From: an uncultured Ruficoccus sp.
GTDB lineage: Bacteria; Verrucomicrobiota; Verrucomicrobiia; Opitutales; Cerasicoccaceae
NCBI GenBank assembly: GCA_965140785.1
Contig: OZ223496.1
Coordinates: 1 to 64,000, forward strand
DNA: 64,000 nt
Reading direction: 5' to 3'
Shown here piece after piece: positions 9,859 to 20,466 of this stretch. How positions within the stretch are numbered: position 1 is the first letter of the stretch; each line of letters starts with the position of its first letter. A program made the translations under genes and the position numbers. The notes beneath the pieces were generated by a model. The model made no database searches. It had not been told where the DNA came from and saw only the letters and a program-made list of their open reading frames with translations.

Positions 9859-10966
9859 TTACCGCCCCGACGCTCAAACCAGCATGCTGCGCTTCGCGGA
9901 CCTGTTGGAGGAGGGCCTGCGGGCAAAGGGCTGCCGCGTCACCCGACTCGAACCCGCCCCGGTGATCGGCGGACGCGGGCCTGCCGTCAAGTGGCGGGGC
10001 TATGTGGACAAATTCCTCCTCGCTCCCAGGCGGATACGCCGCCGTCTCCAGGAGCTGGCCGCCGGGGACGAGCAAGTGCTCGTTCACCTTTGCGACCACT
10101 CCAATGCCCCCTATCTGCCGCTGACGCAGGGACTCCCCACGCTGATCACCTGCCACGACGTCATGGCCATCAAGTCCGGACTCGGCCTGGTGACGCAAAA
10201 CCGGACCCGCCTGAGCGGCCGCCTCCTGCAAAGGTGGATTTTCCGCCACCTTAAGCGCTCGCCCTTCACCGCCTGCGTTTCCCATAAGACCCGCCACGAC
10301 CTGCAAACACTGACCGGCCTGCCCGACGAGCGCGTGGCCGTCGTTGCCAACGGCCTGCCCTACCCCTTTCACCCTTTGCCCGAAGAGGAAGCCCGGCGGC
10401 TCACCCCGGACGTGGAGACGCCGTACTTCCTGCATGTGGGCTCCGGCGCGTGGTACAAAAACCGGCCCGGCGCCTTCGCCCTCTACCGGGCGCTGCTTAC
10501 CAGCCGGCCCACGGCCCGGATGATCTTCGTCGGGCCGACGGACAAGGAACTGGCAGCCGCCATCCGCCAGCACCACCTCGGCGCACGCGTCAGCTTTCTC
10601 ACCGGGCAGAGCAATGAGCAATTGATGGCGCTCTACAGCCGGGCCGAGTGCCTGCTCTTTCCCTCGTGGGAGGAGGGCTTCGGCTGGCCCATCGCTGAAG
10701 CCCAGGCCTGTGGCTGCCCGGTGGCGGTGCTTGACCGGGAGCCGATGAGCGAAGTCGGCGGCGATGCGGTGATCCGCCTGCCATCCGCTCCGGTCAACCC
10801 CGGCAAGACCGACGCGTGGGCCAGCCAGTGCACACCGCTTATCCTGAAGGCGCTCGAACAGCGTGAGGCACGCACCCAGGCCGGACTGGAAAATACCCAC
10901 CGCTTCGAGCCTGAACGGATGATTGAAGGCTACCTGGCCCTTTATCAGCATCTGACAGACAGGTAA
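9824..10966 (+). CDS. GT4 glycosyltransferase
   Basis: TCHD, FLHVG...YKNR, FPSWEEGFGWPIAEAQACGCP. Confidence 0.9.
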   Translation: MNPKLHIVLLTNYRPDAQTSMLRFADLLEEGLRAKGCRVTRLEPAPVIGGRGPAVKWRGYVDKFLLAPRRIRRRLQELAAGDEQVLVHLCDHSNAPYLPLTQGLPTLITCHDVMAIKSGLGLVTQNRTRLSGRLLQRWIFRHLKRSPFTACVSHKTRHDLQTLTGLPDERVAVVANGLPYPFHPLPEEEARRLTPDVETPYFLHVGSGAWYKNRPGAFALYRALLTSRPTARMIFVGPTDKELAAAIRQHHLGARVSFLTGQSNEQLMALYSRAECLLFPSWEEGFGWPIAEAQACGCPVAVLDREPMSEVGGDAVIRLPSAPVNPGKTDAWASQCTPLILKALEQREARTQAGLENTHRFEPERMIEGYLALYQHLTDR

Positions 10967-11060
10967 AAATGACCGTCACACAAGGGGGGATGGCAGGTCT
11001 GCTATTGCCACATAAAAAAAATCATCTTTCCTTCGTTAAGACCGCTATCGCTACCTACTT

Positions 11061-12203
11061 ATGAAAATCCTCCACGTTATCCACACCATGCGGCCCGAGG
11101 CCGGTGGAGTGGTTGAGGCTGTGCGCCTGATCGCCAATGCTCAGATCGAGCTCGGACACGAGGCCGAAGTCCTTTGCCTGGATGCCGCCGGCGCCAACTA
11201 CCGCCCTCTTTCCTTTCACGTTTACGAAATCGGTCCCGCCCGGCGCACCTACGGTTACTGCCCGTATCTGAAGCCCTGGCTGCGCATGCATCATCACGAG
11301 TTTGACGCAGTTATCGTCCACGGCCTGTGGCAGTATGCCGGCCTGGCTGTGCACAATACGCTGCGCCGCACGCGCACGCCGTATTTCGTGTTCCCCCATG
11401 GCATGCTGGACCCGTGGTTTAACCAAGCGTACCCGCGCAAGCGGCTGAAAAAGCAGTTGTACTGGCGCTGGGGCGAGTACCGCATCCTGCGCGACGCGCG
11501 CGCGGTGCTCTTCACCTGCGAGGCGGAGCGCGAACTGGCCCGCACGTCGTTCAGCCCCTATGAAGCGAACGAAGTCGTGGTCGGGTTGGGAATCGAGGAG
11601 CCGACTCAGGATACGGCCCTCGCCCGGGCCGCCTTCGGAAAGCAATTCCCGCAGATCAAGCGGGATTTTTTGCTCTTTCTCGGGCGCATTGACCCGAAAA
11701 AGGGGCTGGACCTGCTGGTGCTCGCCTACGACGAGCTTCTAAGCAACGGCGCGCACCTGCCGCCGCTCGTGCTGGCCGGTCCCGGCGAAAAAAGCGCCTA
11801 TGCCCAACGGTTGAGGAGCCTCAGCGACGCGCCGGGCATCCACTTCACCGGGATGCTGGCCGGCGATCTCAAGTGGGGAGCGCTCGCCAACTGCCAGGCG
11901 CTCATCCTGCCGTCCCACCAGGAGAACTTCGGGATCGTCGTGGCTGAAGCCCTCGCCATGGGCAAGCCCGCCCTCATCTCCAACAAGGTCAATATCTGGC
12001 AGGAAATCGTAGAGGATGGCGTCGGACTGGTGGAGGGCGACACCCTGGCCGGCACCCAGCAGCTACTGGCCAGCTGGCACAGCCTAAACACCGGGGAAAG
12101 GTACGCCATGTCGCAGGCCGCCCGACCAAGCTTTAAAAAGCGTTTCTCGATCCCGGAGGTCGCCAAGCGCCTGATGAACGTGCTCGAAGCTCAGACACTC
12201 TGA
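11061..12203 (+). CDS. GT4 glycosyltransferase
   Basis: PHGMLDPW, FLGRIDPKKG, LPSHQENFGIVVAEALAMG. Confidence 0.9.
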   Translation: MKILHVIHTMRPEAGGVVEAVRLIANAQIELGHEAEVLCLDAAGANYRPLSFHVYEIGPARRTYGYCPYLKPWLRMHHHEFDAVIVHGLWQYAGLAVHNTLRRTRTPYFVFPHGMLDPWFNQAYPRKRLKKQLYWRWGEYRILRDARAVLFTCEAERELARTSFSPYEANEVVVGLGIEEPTQDTALARAAFGKQFPQIKRDFLLFLGRIDPKKGLDLLVLAYDELLSNGAHLPPLVLAGPGEKSAYAQRLRSLSDAPGIHFTGMLAGDLKWGALANCQALILPSHQENFGIVVAEALAMGKPALISNKVNIWQEIVEDGVGLVEGDTLAGTQQLLASWHSLNTGERYAMSQAARPSFKKRFSIPEVAKRLMNVLEAQTL

Positions 12204-12325
12204 GTCATCAGCAAATATTGCATTTGGCATCACCTCCGTGAATACATCCAGTTGCCATCCAATAATGAGACGACACCGGGCAAACAAGCATCCATACTGA
12301 CGGCATTTACTTTTCCGTTTTATCG

Positions 12326-12973
12326 ATGAAAGACCGCCTCCTCTTTAGCCTGTCGATCGCCCTCACCCTCACCCTGCTGTCCGGTTGCGTCGTCGGGCGG
12401 CGCACGGTGGACGCCCCCGTCCCCAAAACCGCCGGAACGACCGGCAAAGGTGAATTCTACATCGGCAGTATCGAGGACGACCGCCAGTTTATGGACGATC
12501 CCGGGGAGCCCTCCACGCCTTCGGTCGATGGCGACGTCAGCGAAACCCCGGACTCGGTTCTGGAAACCCTGATCGGCCGCCAGCGCAACAGCTTCGGCAT
12601 GGCTATGGGCGATGTCGCGCTACCCGAGGGAGAAACCGTGATCACGCGGACCCGTAAACTCCTGGAGGAAGGACTGCGCCGCCGGGGCTTCACCCTCAGT
12701 GACAATCCCGATGCCCCGTACTCGGCCAAAGTGGAGATCGACAAGTACTGGGGCTGGGCAACACCCGGCTTTACAACGGTTTCCATCGAATCGGAAATCG
12801 AGTGTACCATCACCTTGAAAACACCTGAGGGCGACCACACCCTCGTCGTCACAGGCTATGGGATTAGCGAGTCCCTCATCGTTAATGATGCGCTGTGGCG
12901 AACCGGCTTCGGGAACGCCTACCTCGCGTTCCTGAATGATTTTACCCAGCAAATGGCCGCTCTCGGTTTATAA
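12326..12973 (+). CDS. Lipoprotein of unknown function (YajG-like)
   Basis: Lipobox LLSGC; IGRQRNSFGMAMGDV motif. Confidence 0.7.
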   Translation: MKDRLLFSLSIALTLTLLSGCVVGRRTVDAPVPKTAGTTGKGEFYIGSIEDDRQFMDDPGEPSTPSVDGDVSETPDSVLETLIGRQRNSFGMAMGDVALPEGETVITRTRKLLEEGLRRRGFTLSDNPDAPYSAKVEIDKYWGWATPGFTTVSIESEIECTITLKTPEGDHTLVVTGYGISESLIVNDALWRTGFGNAYLAFLNDFTQQMAALGL

Positions 12974-12978
12974 GCCGG

Positions 12979-13992
12979 TTAGCTGGCCTTGAGCAGGAGC
13001 AGGGTGATGAGCTTGAGGCGGCGTTCGGCCCAGCGGGCCTTGTAGTCGATATCCATGCCCAGGTCGTAGGTGTGCAGGCTCTCGGCTTCGGCCTGCCGGA
13101 TCAGCTCCCACTGGCAGAGATTGCCCGGCGCGAGCGCGGCATGATCCCGGTGATAGCTCATTTGCAGGCCGCGAAAAGCCCCGCCCAGGCTGGCGCCAAA
13201 GGCGTAGCCGATGTCCACGCCGTCCAATCGGGCAAAGGCCACCCGCAGCCGCCCTGCCGCGCAACTGCGCCGGATCAGGTCTTGGTAAAAGGCGCGGGTA
13301 TTCTCGGCCTGGAAAATACTCTCGCCCGCCTGCCATTTCCACGAGTGCTGCTCGGCGGTCACGATGCGGGCAAAGAGGACGTCTGCATCGGCCACCTCGC
13401 TCACGAGCTCGAAGCTCACACCCGCCGCCTGCGCCTTGCGCACTGAGCGGCGCAGTTCGGCCCGGAACTTCCCGCTGCGGCGAGAGAGGAAGCCCTCCGC
13501 CCCGCCCTCCAGGCTGGCCTGAAGACAGTCCGTGCCCGGCAGGGCATGGACCTGCCAGCGGCCACCGAAGCCACGCCGCAGGTACAGGTGCAAGTCGCTG
13601 TCCCAGGGGATGCCCCCGAGCAAGACCATCTGCGTGCCGGGCTTGTCGTTGACGAGAAAATCCTCCAACAGGTCCACGCAGGCGCGGGGATCGGGACCGA
13701 CCAGCGGGCAACTGAAGCACCACAGCGCATCCAGCGGCTGAAGCGCCCCCACGAACTGCATCAGCGGCCCCTCGGCCAGCGCCAGCCAGCTCTCGCCCTC
13801 CCGGCGCACATGCAGCTCGCGCTCCCCGCACAGGTGGCGGTGCGCGGGCAGCACCCAGTCCGAACAGGTGCAGAAACGGGCAACGGAGGGTGTCACCGCC
13901 ACGGCGGCGTCGTATTCATTTCCCAATACAGGGTCCGAGTCCGCCGGGCCTTTCGCTGATTTCACCGCCTTCACACTTGGGCAGTGATTCAA
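12979..13992 (-). CDS. GNAT family acetyltransferase (CelD/BcsL-like)
   Basis: SGKFRAELRR, SWK, APGNLCQWELI, YDLG...YKARWA; true start may be a GTG slightly downstream of 13992. Confidence 0.8.
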   Translation of the reverse strand: MNHCPSVKAVKSAKGPADSDPVLGNEYDAAVAVTPSVARFCTCSDWVLPAHRHLCGERELHVRREGESWLALAEGPLMQFVGALQPLDALWCFSCPLVGPDPRACVDLLEDFLVNDKPGTQMVLLGGIPWDSDLHLYLRRGFGGRWQVHALPGTDCLQASLEGGAEGFLSRRSGKFRAELRRSVRKAQAAGVSFELVSEVADADVLFARIVTAEQHSWKWQAGESIFQAENTRAFYQDLIRRSCAAGRLRVAFARLDGVDIGYAFGASLGGAFRGLQMSYHRDHAALAPGNLCQWELIRQAEAESLHTYDLGMDIDYKARWAERRLKLITLLLLKAS

Positions 13993-14004
13993 GTTTCATG
14001 CCAA
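13988..14004 (-). promoter_or_regulatory. Possible sigma-54 promoter for the GNAT gene
   Basis: Minus strand reads TTGGCATGAAACTTGAA: GG-N10-GA spacing, with a non-canonical -12 (GA instead of GC). Confidence 0.35.
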
Positions 14005-14154
14005 GTCGGCGGCAATGTCTTTCTGGGCTGATGTAGTGCGTGGCCGCACGGGGCATTTAGGGGAACAAGCTCCCTACGCCGCCAGACAGGCGGCTATCTC
14101 GTCAATGCGGATCCAGCCGGACCCGCATTTCCAATACGCATCCCGACCGCGTCC

Positions 14155-14206
14155 ATGGGGCGGAGCCCCATCACGGTGCGGAGCCCCATCACGGTGCGGA
14201 GCACCG
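14155..14206. repeat. 18-bp tandem repeat of GCGGAGC-core hairpins
   Basis: GCGGAGCCCCATCACGGT x2 plus a partial copy (14160-14202); outer units form ATGGGGCGGAGCCCCAT and CGGTGCGGAGCACCG hairpins. Confidence 0.85.
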
Positions 14207-14226
14207 AGGGTGCAGGGCATGCCCTG

Positions 14227-15933
14227 CTAGTTTTCGGCCCACCAGTCGGACTTGGAGACCTTGACTGCCTTGACGTAACCGGCGCGGATGGTGAAGTCGC
14301 CGAAGTGCTCACCCTCGTTGCGCTCCTTGGCGTAGCGCTCAATGATGGGCTTCAAGACCTCGGTAATTTCCTCCTGCCTGACGTTTTCCTGGTAGAGCTT
14401 GTTCAGGCGCGAGCCGTCGAAGCCGGCCCCGAGGTACAGGTTGTACTTGCCGGGGGAGCGACCGACCAGGCCGATCTCGCCCAGGTAGGGGCGGGCGCAG
14501 CCGTTGGGGCAGCCGGTCATGCGGATGACGATGTCCTCCTGCGCCAGGCCGGCCTCCTCGACCACGTTCTCCAGTTCGGTCACGAGGTCGGGCAGGTAGC
14601 GCTCGCTCTCGGAGAGAGCCAGGCCGCAGGTGGGCAGCGCCACGCAAGCCATGGAATTGAGCCGGATGCCGGGGCGGTCAAAGCACTGGTCGAGCTTGTA
14701 CTCGCTCAAAAGTTTTTCGATGGCGGGCTTCTTTTCCGGGCTGATGTTGCCGATGACGAGGTTCTGGTTCGCGGTCAGGCGGAAGTCCCCGTCGTGGACC
14801 TGAGCGATCTCGCGCAGGGCGGTCTTCATCTTCAGCTCGCGGTCGTCGCGGACACGGCCATTTTGGACGAAAAGGGTGAGGTTGAACTTGCCGTTGACGC
14901 CCTCGACCCAGCCGTAGCGGTCGCCGGTGCGTTCAAAGGTGTAGGGGCGCGCCTCCTCCAGCTTGATGCCACAGCGGGACTCGACCTCCCCGCGGAACCA
15001 GTCCAGGCCGCGGTCGTCGATGGTGTACTTGAGGCGGGCGTGCTTGCGGTCGGAGCGATCGCCGAAGTCGCGCTGGGTGGTGACGATGGCCTCGGCCACC
15101 GGGAGCACCTGATCGGGCGTGACGAAGCCCATGACCTCGGCTAGGCGCGGGTAGGTGGCCTTGTTGTTGTGGGTCATGCCCATGCCGCCGCCGACGGTGA
15201 GGTTGAACCCGACCAGCTTGCCGTCCTCGACGATGGCGATGAGGCCCAGGTCGTGGGCGAAGATGTCCACGTCGTTGCTCGGGGGCACGGCGATGACGAT
15301 CTTGAATTTGCGCGGCAGGTAGGTCTTGCCGTAGATGGGCTCCTCGTCCGGTTCGGAGGAAATAGTCTTCTCGCCGTCGAGCCAGATCTCGTGGTAGGCG
15401 CTGGTCTTGGGCGTGAGGTGGTCGCTGATCTTGTTCGCCCAATCGAGGACCTCGGCGTGGACCTCGGACTGCTCGGGGTTCGGGTTGCACATGACGTTGC
15501 GGTTGACGTCACCGCAGGCGGCGATGGTGTCCAGGAGCACGTCGTTGATGGCGCGGATGGAGCGCTTTAGGTTGCTCTTGATGATGCCGTGGAACTGGAA
15601 AGCCTGGCGGGTGGTGAGCTTGAGCGTGCGGTTGGCGTAGTCGTCGCTGAGCTTGTCCATGGCCAGCCACTGGGTCGGCGTGCAGACGCCGCCGGGGACG
15701 CGGACGCGGACCATGAACGAGTAGGCGCGCTCGAGCTTCTTGTTGCGGCGCTCGCTGCGCACGTCGCGGTCGTCCTGCATGTAGATGCCGTGGAACTTCG
15801 TCAACTGGGTATCAGCCTCGGAAATGGCCCCCGTGGACGCGTCGGCCAAGCCTTCGAGGATGGTTCCCCGCAGGAAATTACTGGCCTCTTTCAGGTCCTC
15901 GTTTTTGGAAAGTTTTTTCGCAGTTGTGCTCAT
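14227..15933 (-). CDS. cysI: Assimilatory sulfite reductase hemoprotein subunit
   Basis: [45 protein letters not shown]...MTGCPNGC siroheme/4Fe-4S motifs. Confidence 0.97.
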   Translation of the reverse strand: MSTTAKKLSKNEDLKEASNFLRGTILEGLADASTGAISEADTQLTKFHGIYMQDDRDVRSERRNKKLERAYSFMVRVRVPGGVCTPTQWLAMDKLSDDYANRTLKLTTRQAFQFHGIIKSNLKRSIRAINDVLLDTIAACGDVNRNVMCNPNPEQSEVHAEVLDWANKISDHLTPKTSAYHEIWLDGEKTISSEPDEEPIYGKTYLPRKFKIVIAVPPSNDVDIFAHDLGLIAIVEDGKLVGFNLTVGGGMGMTHNNKATYPRLAEVMGFVTPDQVLPVAEAIVTTQRDFGDRSDRKHARLKYTIDDRGLDWFRGEVESRCGIKLEEARPYTFERTGDRYGWVEGVNGKFNLTLFVQNGRVRDDRELKMKTALREIAQVHDGDFRLTANQNLVIGNISPEKKPAIEKLLSEYKLDQCFDRPGIRLNSMACVALPTCGLALSESERYLPDLVTELENVVEEAGLAQEDIVIRMTGCPNGCARPYLGEIGLVGRSPGKYNLYLGAGFDGSRLNKLYQENVRQEEITEVLKPIIERYAKERNEGEHFGDFTIRAGYVKAVKVSKSDWWAEN

Positions 15934-16035
15934 GACAGCGCAATTATTGGTTTATTGGGTAACTTACTTAACTTTACTTTCTCCCCTTGGCAAGCTCATT
16001 TCGCGCTTTTCGCGGGGCGCACGATCCGTTATCGG

Positions 16036-16821
16036 ATGAGAGCGAAGGGCCTTATGCCAAGTGAAGAGGAGCAGCATCGTGATTTTGACCGGCTGGATCA
16101 AGCGAAAGCGTTCGCCTGGGCGCCTGTTTCAGGATATCAGGTCGGGGCGGCGCTTGTCACTGAGGGCGGGCGGGTTTTCCTCGGGGCCAACCTGGAATTC
16201 CCCGGCCAGCCGCTGGCCAGCGCGGTCCACGCCGAGCAGGCCGCCGTCTCCCAGGCCCTGCTGGCGGGCTGCAACGACTTCGCCGAGCTGCTGGTGAGCG
16301 CCCCGCCCTGCGGCGTGTGCCGGCAGTTTCTGCGGGAGTTCAACGACGGCTCGCTGCGCATCCGCGTGGTGGACGAAACAGGCACCCGCCCCGCCGCTAT
16401 TCTCAGCGAGCTGCTTCCGCAAGCGTTTGGGCCGGAGTGCTTTTTAATCAAGGAGCCCGCCGAACATAAACCCTCAACGCCATTTGCCCGGCTCCCCGTC
16501 AGTAGCGAGCCCTGGATCGAGGCCGCCCGCGAGGCACTGGCCCGCAGCCATGCTCCCTACTCCGGCAATCCCGCCGCGGTCGTCCTGACGGGCGCTGGCC
16601 AGTCCACAGCGGGCGCCAGTCTCGAAAACGCGGCCTTTACCCCGACACTGGGGCCGATGCAGACGACGCTCTCCCGCTGGCGACTGGCGGGGTGGGAGTT
16701 TGACGCCATCGAACAGGCGTGGCTGATCCAGACCGATACCGCCCAGGTGGACTGGGAGGCGGCCTCTCGCGCCTTGTTGGCCAGCGTGACCTCCGCTCCC
16801 CTGCACTCTGTCGGTTTTTAA
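16036..16821 (+). CDS. cdd: Cytidine deaminase (two-domain, homodimeric type)
   Basis: GANLEF...HAEQ, PCGVCRQFLRE, second domain SHAPYS...ENAAF; start 16036 or 16054. Confidence 0.85.
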   Translation: MRAKGLMPSEEEQHRDFDRLDQAKAFAWAPVSGYQVGAALVTEGGRVFLGANLEFPGQPLASAVHAEQAAVSQALLAGCNDFAELLVSAPPCGVCRQFLREFNDGSLRIRVVDETGTRPAAILSELLPQAFGPECFLIKEPAEHKPSTPFARLPVSSEPWIEAAREALARSHAPYSGNPAAVVLTGAGQSTAGASLENAAFTPTLGPMQTTLSRWRLAGWEFDAIEQAWLIQTDTAQVDWEAASRALLASVTSAPLHSVGF

Positions 16822-16856
16822 CTGCTCAAAATTTATATCTCAACTAACTCAGCATC

Positions 16857-17969
16857 ATGACCCTCCTGACTCCCAAAGTCCGGCTTCTGCCGTTCCTGAT
16901 CGCCGCGCAAGCCCTCGTGCTCGCGGTGACCTCCGCCTCGGCCCTCACCGTACCCGCCAACAGCCCCGACATCCGCTATAGTGGCCGGATCGACGACTCG
17001 AACCCCGAGGCGGTCAAGCTCAGCTACTCGGGCGCAAGCATCCGGATGGCCTTCGAGGGCGACTCGGTCGCTCTGCTCATGGACAACCAGCGCCGGCAGA
17101 ACTGGGTCACGGTCTTCATCGACGGCAAACGCACGGACAAACTCGCGATCAAGGGCGAGGGCGGCACTTACCCGCTAGCCTCCGGTCTGGGCGCGGGCCC
17201 CCACACGGTTGAGGTCGTCAAGGCGACCGAGGGCATGATCGGCAACGTTGTTTTCAAGGGCTTCGTGCTGCCCGACGACGGTAAGCCCCTGCCCTGGCCC
17301 GCGCCGCAGACGCGCCGCATCGAGTTCATCGGGGACTCCATCACCTGCGGCTACGGGATTGAGGCCGATGGGCCGAACAATCCCTTCACGCCGGACGAGG
17401 AGAATTTCTCCGACACCTACGCCGCCCTCACCGCACGCGCGCTCGATGCCGACACTCTGGTCGTGGCCCGCTCCGGCATCGGCATGCTGCGCAACTACAA
17501 CGGCCCGGACGACGGCAGCCCCGACAACATACCCGCCATCTACGGGCGCACCCTCTTCCATGAGCCTTCGCCGCCGTGGGACTTCTCCCGCTTCACGCCG
17601 GATGTCGTCTGCATTAACCTCTGCACCAACGACTTCAGCAGCAAAACGATCAACGTCGAGAAGTTCGAAGCCAACTACGTCCAGTTCGTGCAGCGGCTCG
17701 AAAAGCAGTACCCCAAGGCAAAAATCGTCGTGCTGCAAGGGCCGATGAATGTCGATCCCAAGGTCCGCGCCATTCTGGAAGGGATCGTCCAGTCCTGCAA
17801 CGCGGACGGGGGTGACCGGGTCAGCTTTTTCCAAATGAGCGGACAGGGTGCGCACGGCTTCGGCGCGCACCACCATCCCTCCCGCGAACAGGCCCAGGTC
17901 AACGCGCAGGAACTCACGGCCTACCTGCGCAAGCTGATGGGCTGGGAGGCGTCAGAACAAGGAACCTGA
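16857..17969 (+). CDS. Secreted SGNH/GDSL esterase (CE2-like)
   Basis: Signal peptide, IEFIGDSITCGYG, ARSGIG, NLCTND, HHHP. Confidence 0.85.
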   Translation: MTLLTPKVRLLPFLIAAQALVLAVTSASALTVPANSPDIRYSGRIDDSNPEAVKLSYSGASIRMAFEGDSVALLMDNQRRQNWVTVFIDGKRTDKLAIKGEGGTYPLASGLGAGPHTVEVVKATEGMIGNVVFKGFVLPDDGKPLPWPAPQTRRIEFIGDSITCGYGIEADGPNNPFTPDEENFSDTYAALTARALDADTLVVARSGIGMLRNYNGPDDGSPDNIPAIYGRTLFHEPSPPWDFSRFTPDVVCINLCTNDFSSKTINVEKFEANYVQFVQRLEKQYPKAKIVVLQGPMNVDPKVRAILEGIVQSCNADGGDRVSFFQMSGQGAHGFGAHHHPSREQAQVNAQELTAYLRKLMGWEASEQGT

Positions 17970-18037
17970 GCCGGGGGCGAAACTTTCACCCATTCCCTTC
18001 ACCGCTCCTGCCCCGCAATTAAGACGGGGTTTCGCGG

Positions 18038-19072
18038 CTATTCTTCCCCCGTGAGAGTGAGCGCGGGGTGGAAACTCAGACGTTCGGCCGGGAGGCAGCC
18101 GGCAGGGTCGGCCCAGGCGGCGAAGGCGATCATGGCGGCGTTGTCGCCGGTATGGCGCTTGAGGGCGGGCAGCAGGGGGAGGCGCGCCGACTCGGCCAGG
18201 GTCTCCATGGCCTCGCGCAGGGGGGTGTTGTTGGCCACGCCACCGGAGAGGCCGAGACTGGCGTATTCCCCCGCCCGCAGCACGTGGCGGGTCTTGCGGA
18301 TCAGTTGGTGGATCACCGCCTGCTGATAGGAGGCGCACAGGTCGGCAAAGTCCCGCTCCAGCTCGGCGTCGTCCATCTTCTCCAGGCGGTAGCGCAGGGA
18401 GGTTTTCAGGCCGGAAAAGCTGAAGCGCCAGTCGCTTGAGGCGGAGATGCCGGCGGGAAAGTCGAAGCGCGCCGGATCGCCCGCGGCGGCGGCCTTCTCC
18501 ATCAGCGGCCCGCCGGGGTAGTCCATGCCCAAGAGCTTTGCGCCCTTGTCCAGGGCCTCACCCGCCGCATCGTCCACGGTCTGGGCAAGGATGTTGATTG
18601 TTAAGGCCTGATCGATGCTGAACAGGAGGGTGTTGCCACCGGAGGCCAGCAGGCCCAGGTGCGGCAGGCACTCGGCCAGCCGGGCACGGAAGCCCTCCGG
18701 GTCCTCGGCGTGGAGCGGGATAAAAGGGGAAAAGGCATGCCCGCGCAGGTGGTTGACGCCGACCAGCGGCAGGCCCCTGGCCAGAGCGAGGGATTTAGCC
18801 AGCGAAAGCCCGATAGCGAGGCAACCGGCCAGTCCGGGGCCGCCGGTGACGGCGATCTGCTCCACCCGCCCGAACGCCTCGGTGGTAGCGGCCTCCTTCA
18901 GCAGCCAACCGAAGTTGCCCAGGTGCTCACGGCTGGCCAGGTCGGGGACAACCCCGCCGTAGCGCTGGTGCAGGCTGACCTGGCTGTGCACCCACTCTCC
19001 GCACAAGCCGACCGCCGGATCAAACAGCGCCAGCGCCGACTCATCGCACGAACTTTCTACTCCCAGCCACAT
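18038..19072 (-). CDS. tsaD: tRNA N6-adenosine threonylcarbamoyltransferase
   Basis: ESSCDE, GGVVPDLASREH, NHLRGH, DDAAGEALDK, SFSGLKT, GGVANN, DNAAMIA. Confidence 0.95.
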   Translation of the reverse strand: MWLGVESSCDESALALFDPAVGLCGEWVHSQVSLHQRYGGVVPDLASREHLGNFGWLLKEAATTEAFGRVEQIAVTGGPGLAGCLAIGLSLAKSLALARGLPLVGVNHLRGHAFSPFIPLHAEDPEGFRARLAECLPHLGLLASGGNTLLFSIDQALTINILAQTVDDAAGEALDKGAKLLGMDYPGGPLMEKAAAAGDPARFDFPAGISASSDWRFSFSGLKTSLRYRLEKMDDAELERDFADLCASYQQAVIHQLIRKTRHVLRAGEYASLGLSGGVANNTPLREAMETLAESARLPLLPALKRHTGDNAAMIAFAAWADPAGCLPAERLSFHPALTLTGEE

Positions 19073-19136
19073 AGTCTTATCCGGGTATTAATCGCGAAAC
19101 CCCGGCGGCTTGAAAGCAAAAACCGGGCGCGGGGGC

Positions 19137-20414
19137 TTATCCCTCGTCGGCGTCCTCCCGGTAGGCGAGGACCCCGTGCAGAACCTCGCGCGCGCGCTCG
19201 AAGGGGAGGTCCGGGGCGGGCTCGAAACCGAAACGCGCCTCGAAGGCCGCCTCGCCCATCGTCCGCAGGTGCGAATGTTGGAGGCGCTGGCCGAGGGCCT
19301 CGCGCGGCGTGAGTGGGACGAGAATATCCGGGACGACTCCGGCCTTGTGAATGGTGCGCCCGCTGGGCAGGTAGTACATGGCGGCGGTCAGGCGCAGCCC
19401 GTCGCCGTTGGCAAACTCATAGACGCGCTGGACGGAGCCTTTTCCATAGGAAGTCTCGCCGATGATGACCGCCTTGCCCAGGTCCTGCAAGGCACCGGAA
19501 ACAATCTCCGAGGCGCTGGCGCTGGCCCCGTCGATCAGGATGGCTACCGGGTAATGGGCCTTGCGCGGCGTGCCCGCCGTCCGCTCCTCCTGGATGACGG
19601 TCTCGTCCCGCCCACGGGTCGTCACGACCAGGGTCCGCGCGGGGAGGAATTCGCCCGCCACGGCGACCGCCTCGGAGAGCAGCCCCCCGGGATTGCCGCG
19701 CAGATCGATAATGAGCGCCCGCATGCCCCGGGCCTCCAGCTCGTCGAGGGCGGCCTTGAATTCCGCCCCGGTGTTGCGGCCAAAAGCCGAGATCCGCAGC
19801 GAGCCGATGCCGTCGGGCCCAAGCTCGATCTCGCGCACGGAGGGGAAATCAATCGCAGCGCGGTTAAAGGTAAACGCCAACTCCCGCCCCTCGGAGGGGC
19901 GGTAAACGCCCAGCTCGACCGGTTCGCCCGCCGGGCCGCGCAGGTGCTCCACCATCTCGGTCACGCTCCAGCCGCTGGCGTCCTCCCCGCCGACGCGGAC
20001 AATCTCGTCGCCCACGCGGACACCGGCGGCCAGCGCGGGGCTGTCGTCAAAGAGCCCGGCGATGGTCACCCGCGAGTCGATGCGCTCGACCTCGGCCCCG
20101 ATCCCGGCGTAGTGCTGGTCGGTTTTGACGGAAAACTCCTCGTAGTCGTCATGATCCATGTAGCCGGAATACTCGTCCAGCCCGTGGATCATCTGCTTGA
20201 GCGCGGAGGAGCTGAGATCGCCGTAATCGACTTTGTCGGTCTCGACGTAGTCCTCATTGGTCAGGAGCATGACCTGGCCAACGTGAATAATATTGCGCCA
20301 GAAACCGAGGGTGAAAAGATCGCGCTGATGCGGCCGCAGCCAGTACAACAGAAAGAGCCCGATTCCGAAAAAAACCAGGAGATAGGTCAGCCACTGCCGC
20401 GTACGCTTGATCAT
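19137..20414 (-). CDS. S41 C-terminal processing protease with PDZ domain
   Basis: GIGA, IIDLRGNPGGLL, SASASEI, GKGSVQ; start set at MIKRT. Confidence 0.93.
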   Translation of the reverse strand: MIKRTRQWLTYLLVFFGIGLFLLYWLRPHQRDLFTLGFWRNIIHVGQVMLLTNEDYVETDKVDYGDLSSSALKQMIHGLDEYSGYMDHDDYEEFSVKTDQHYAGIGAEVERIDSRVTIAGLFDDSPALAAGVRVGDEIVRVGGEDASGWSVTEMVEHLRGPAGEPVELGVYRPSEGRELAFTFNRAAIDFPSVREIELGPDGIGSLRISAFGRNTGAEFKAALDELEARGMRALIIDLRGNPGGLLSEAVAVAGEFLPARTLVVTTRGRDETVIQEERTAGTPRKAHYPVAILIDGASASASEIVSGALQDLGKAVIIGETSYGKGSVQRVYEFANGDGLRLTAAMYYLPSGRTIHKAGVVPDILVPLTPREALGQRLQHSHLRTMGEAAFEARFGFEPAPDLPFERAREVLHGVLAYREDADEG

Positions 20415-20466
20415 GGGTTCACCGAGTGCGCAGCCTAGACAGCCTATCGCTCCCCACCAGACAAAA

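Noticed and set aside
14160..14202. CRISPR array (also considered for 31409-31740)
   Set aside because: No identical repeats separated by unique spacers of uniform length; no cas genes.
15589..16035. Long N-terminal extensions in the ORF track (cdd, also 4199, 27619, 40510, 62847)
   Set aside because: They overlap neighbouring genes or promoters; family similarity begins at downstream starts.
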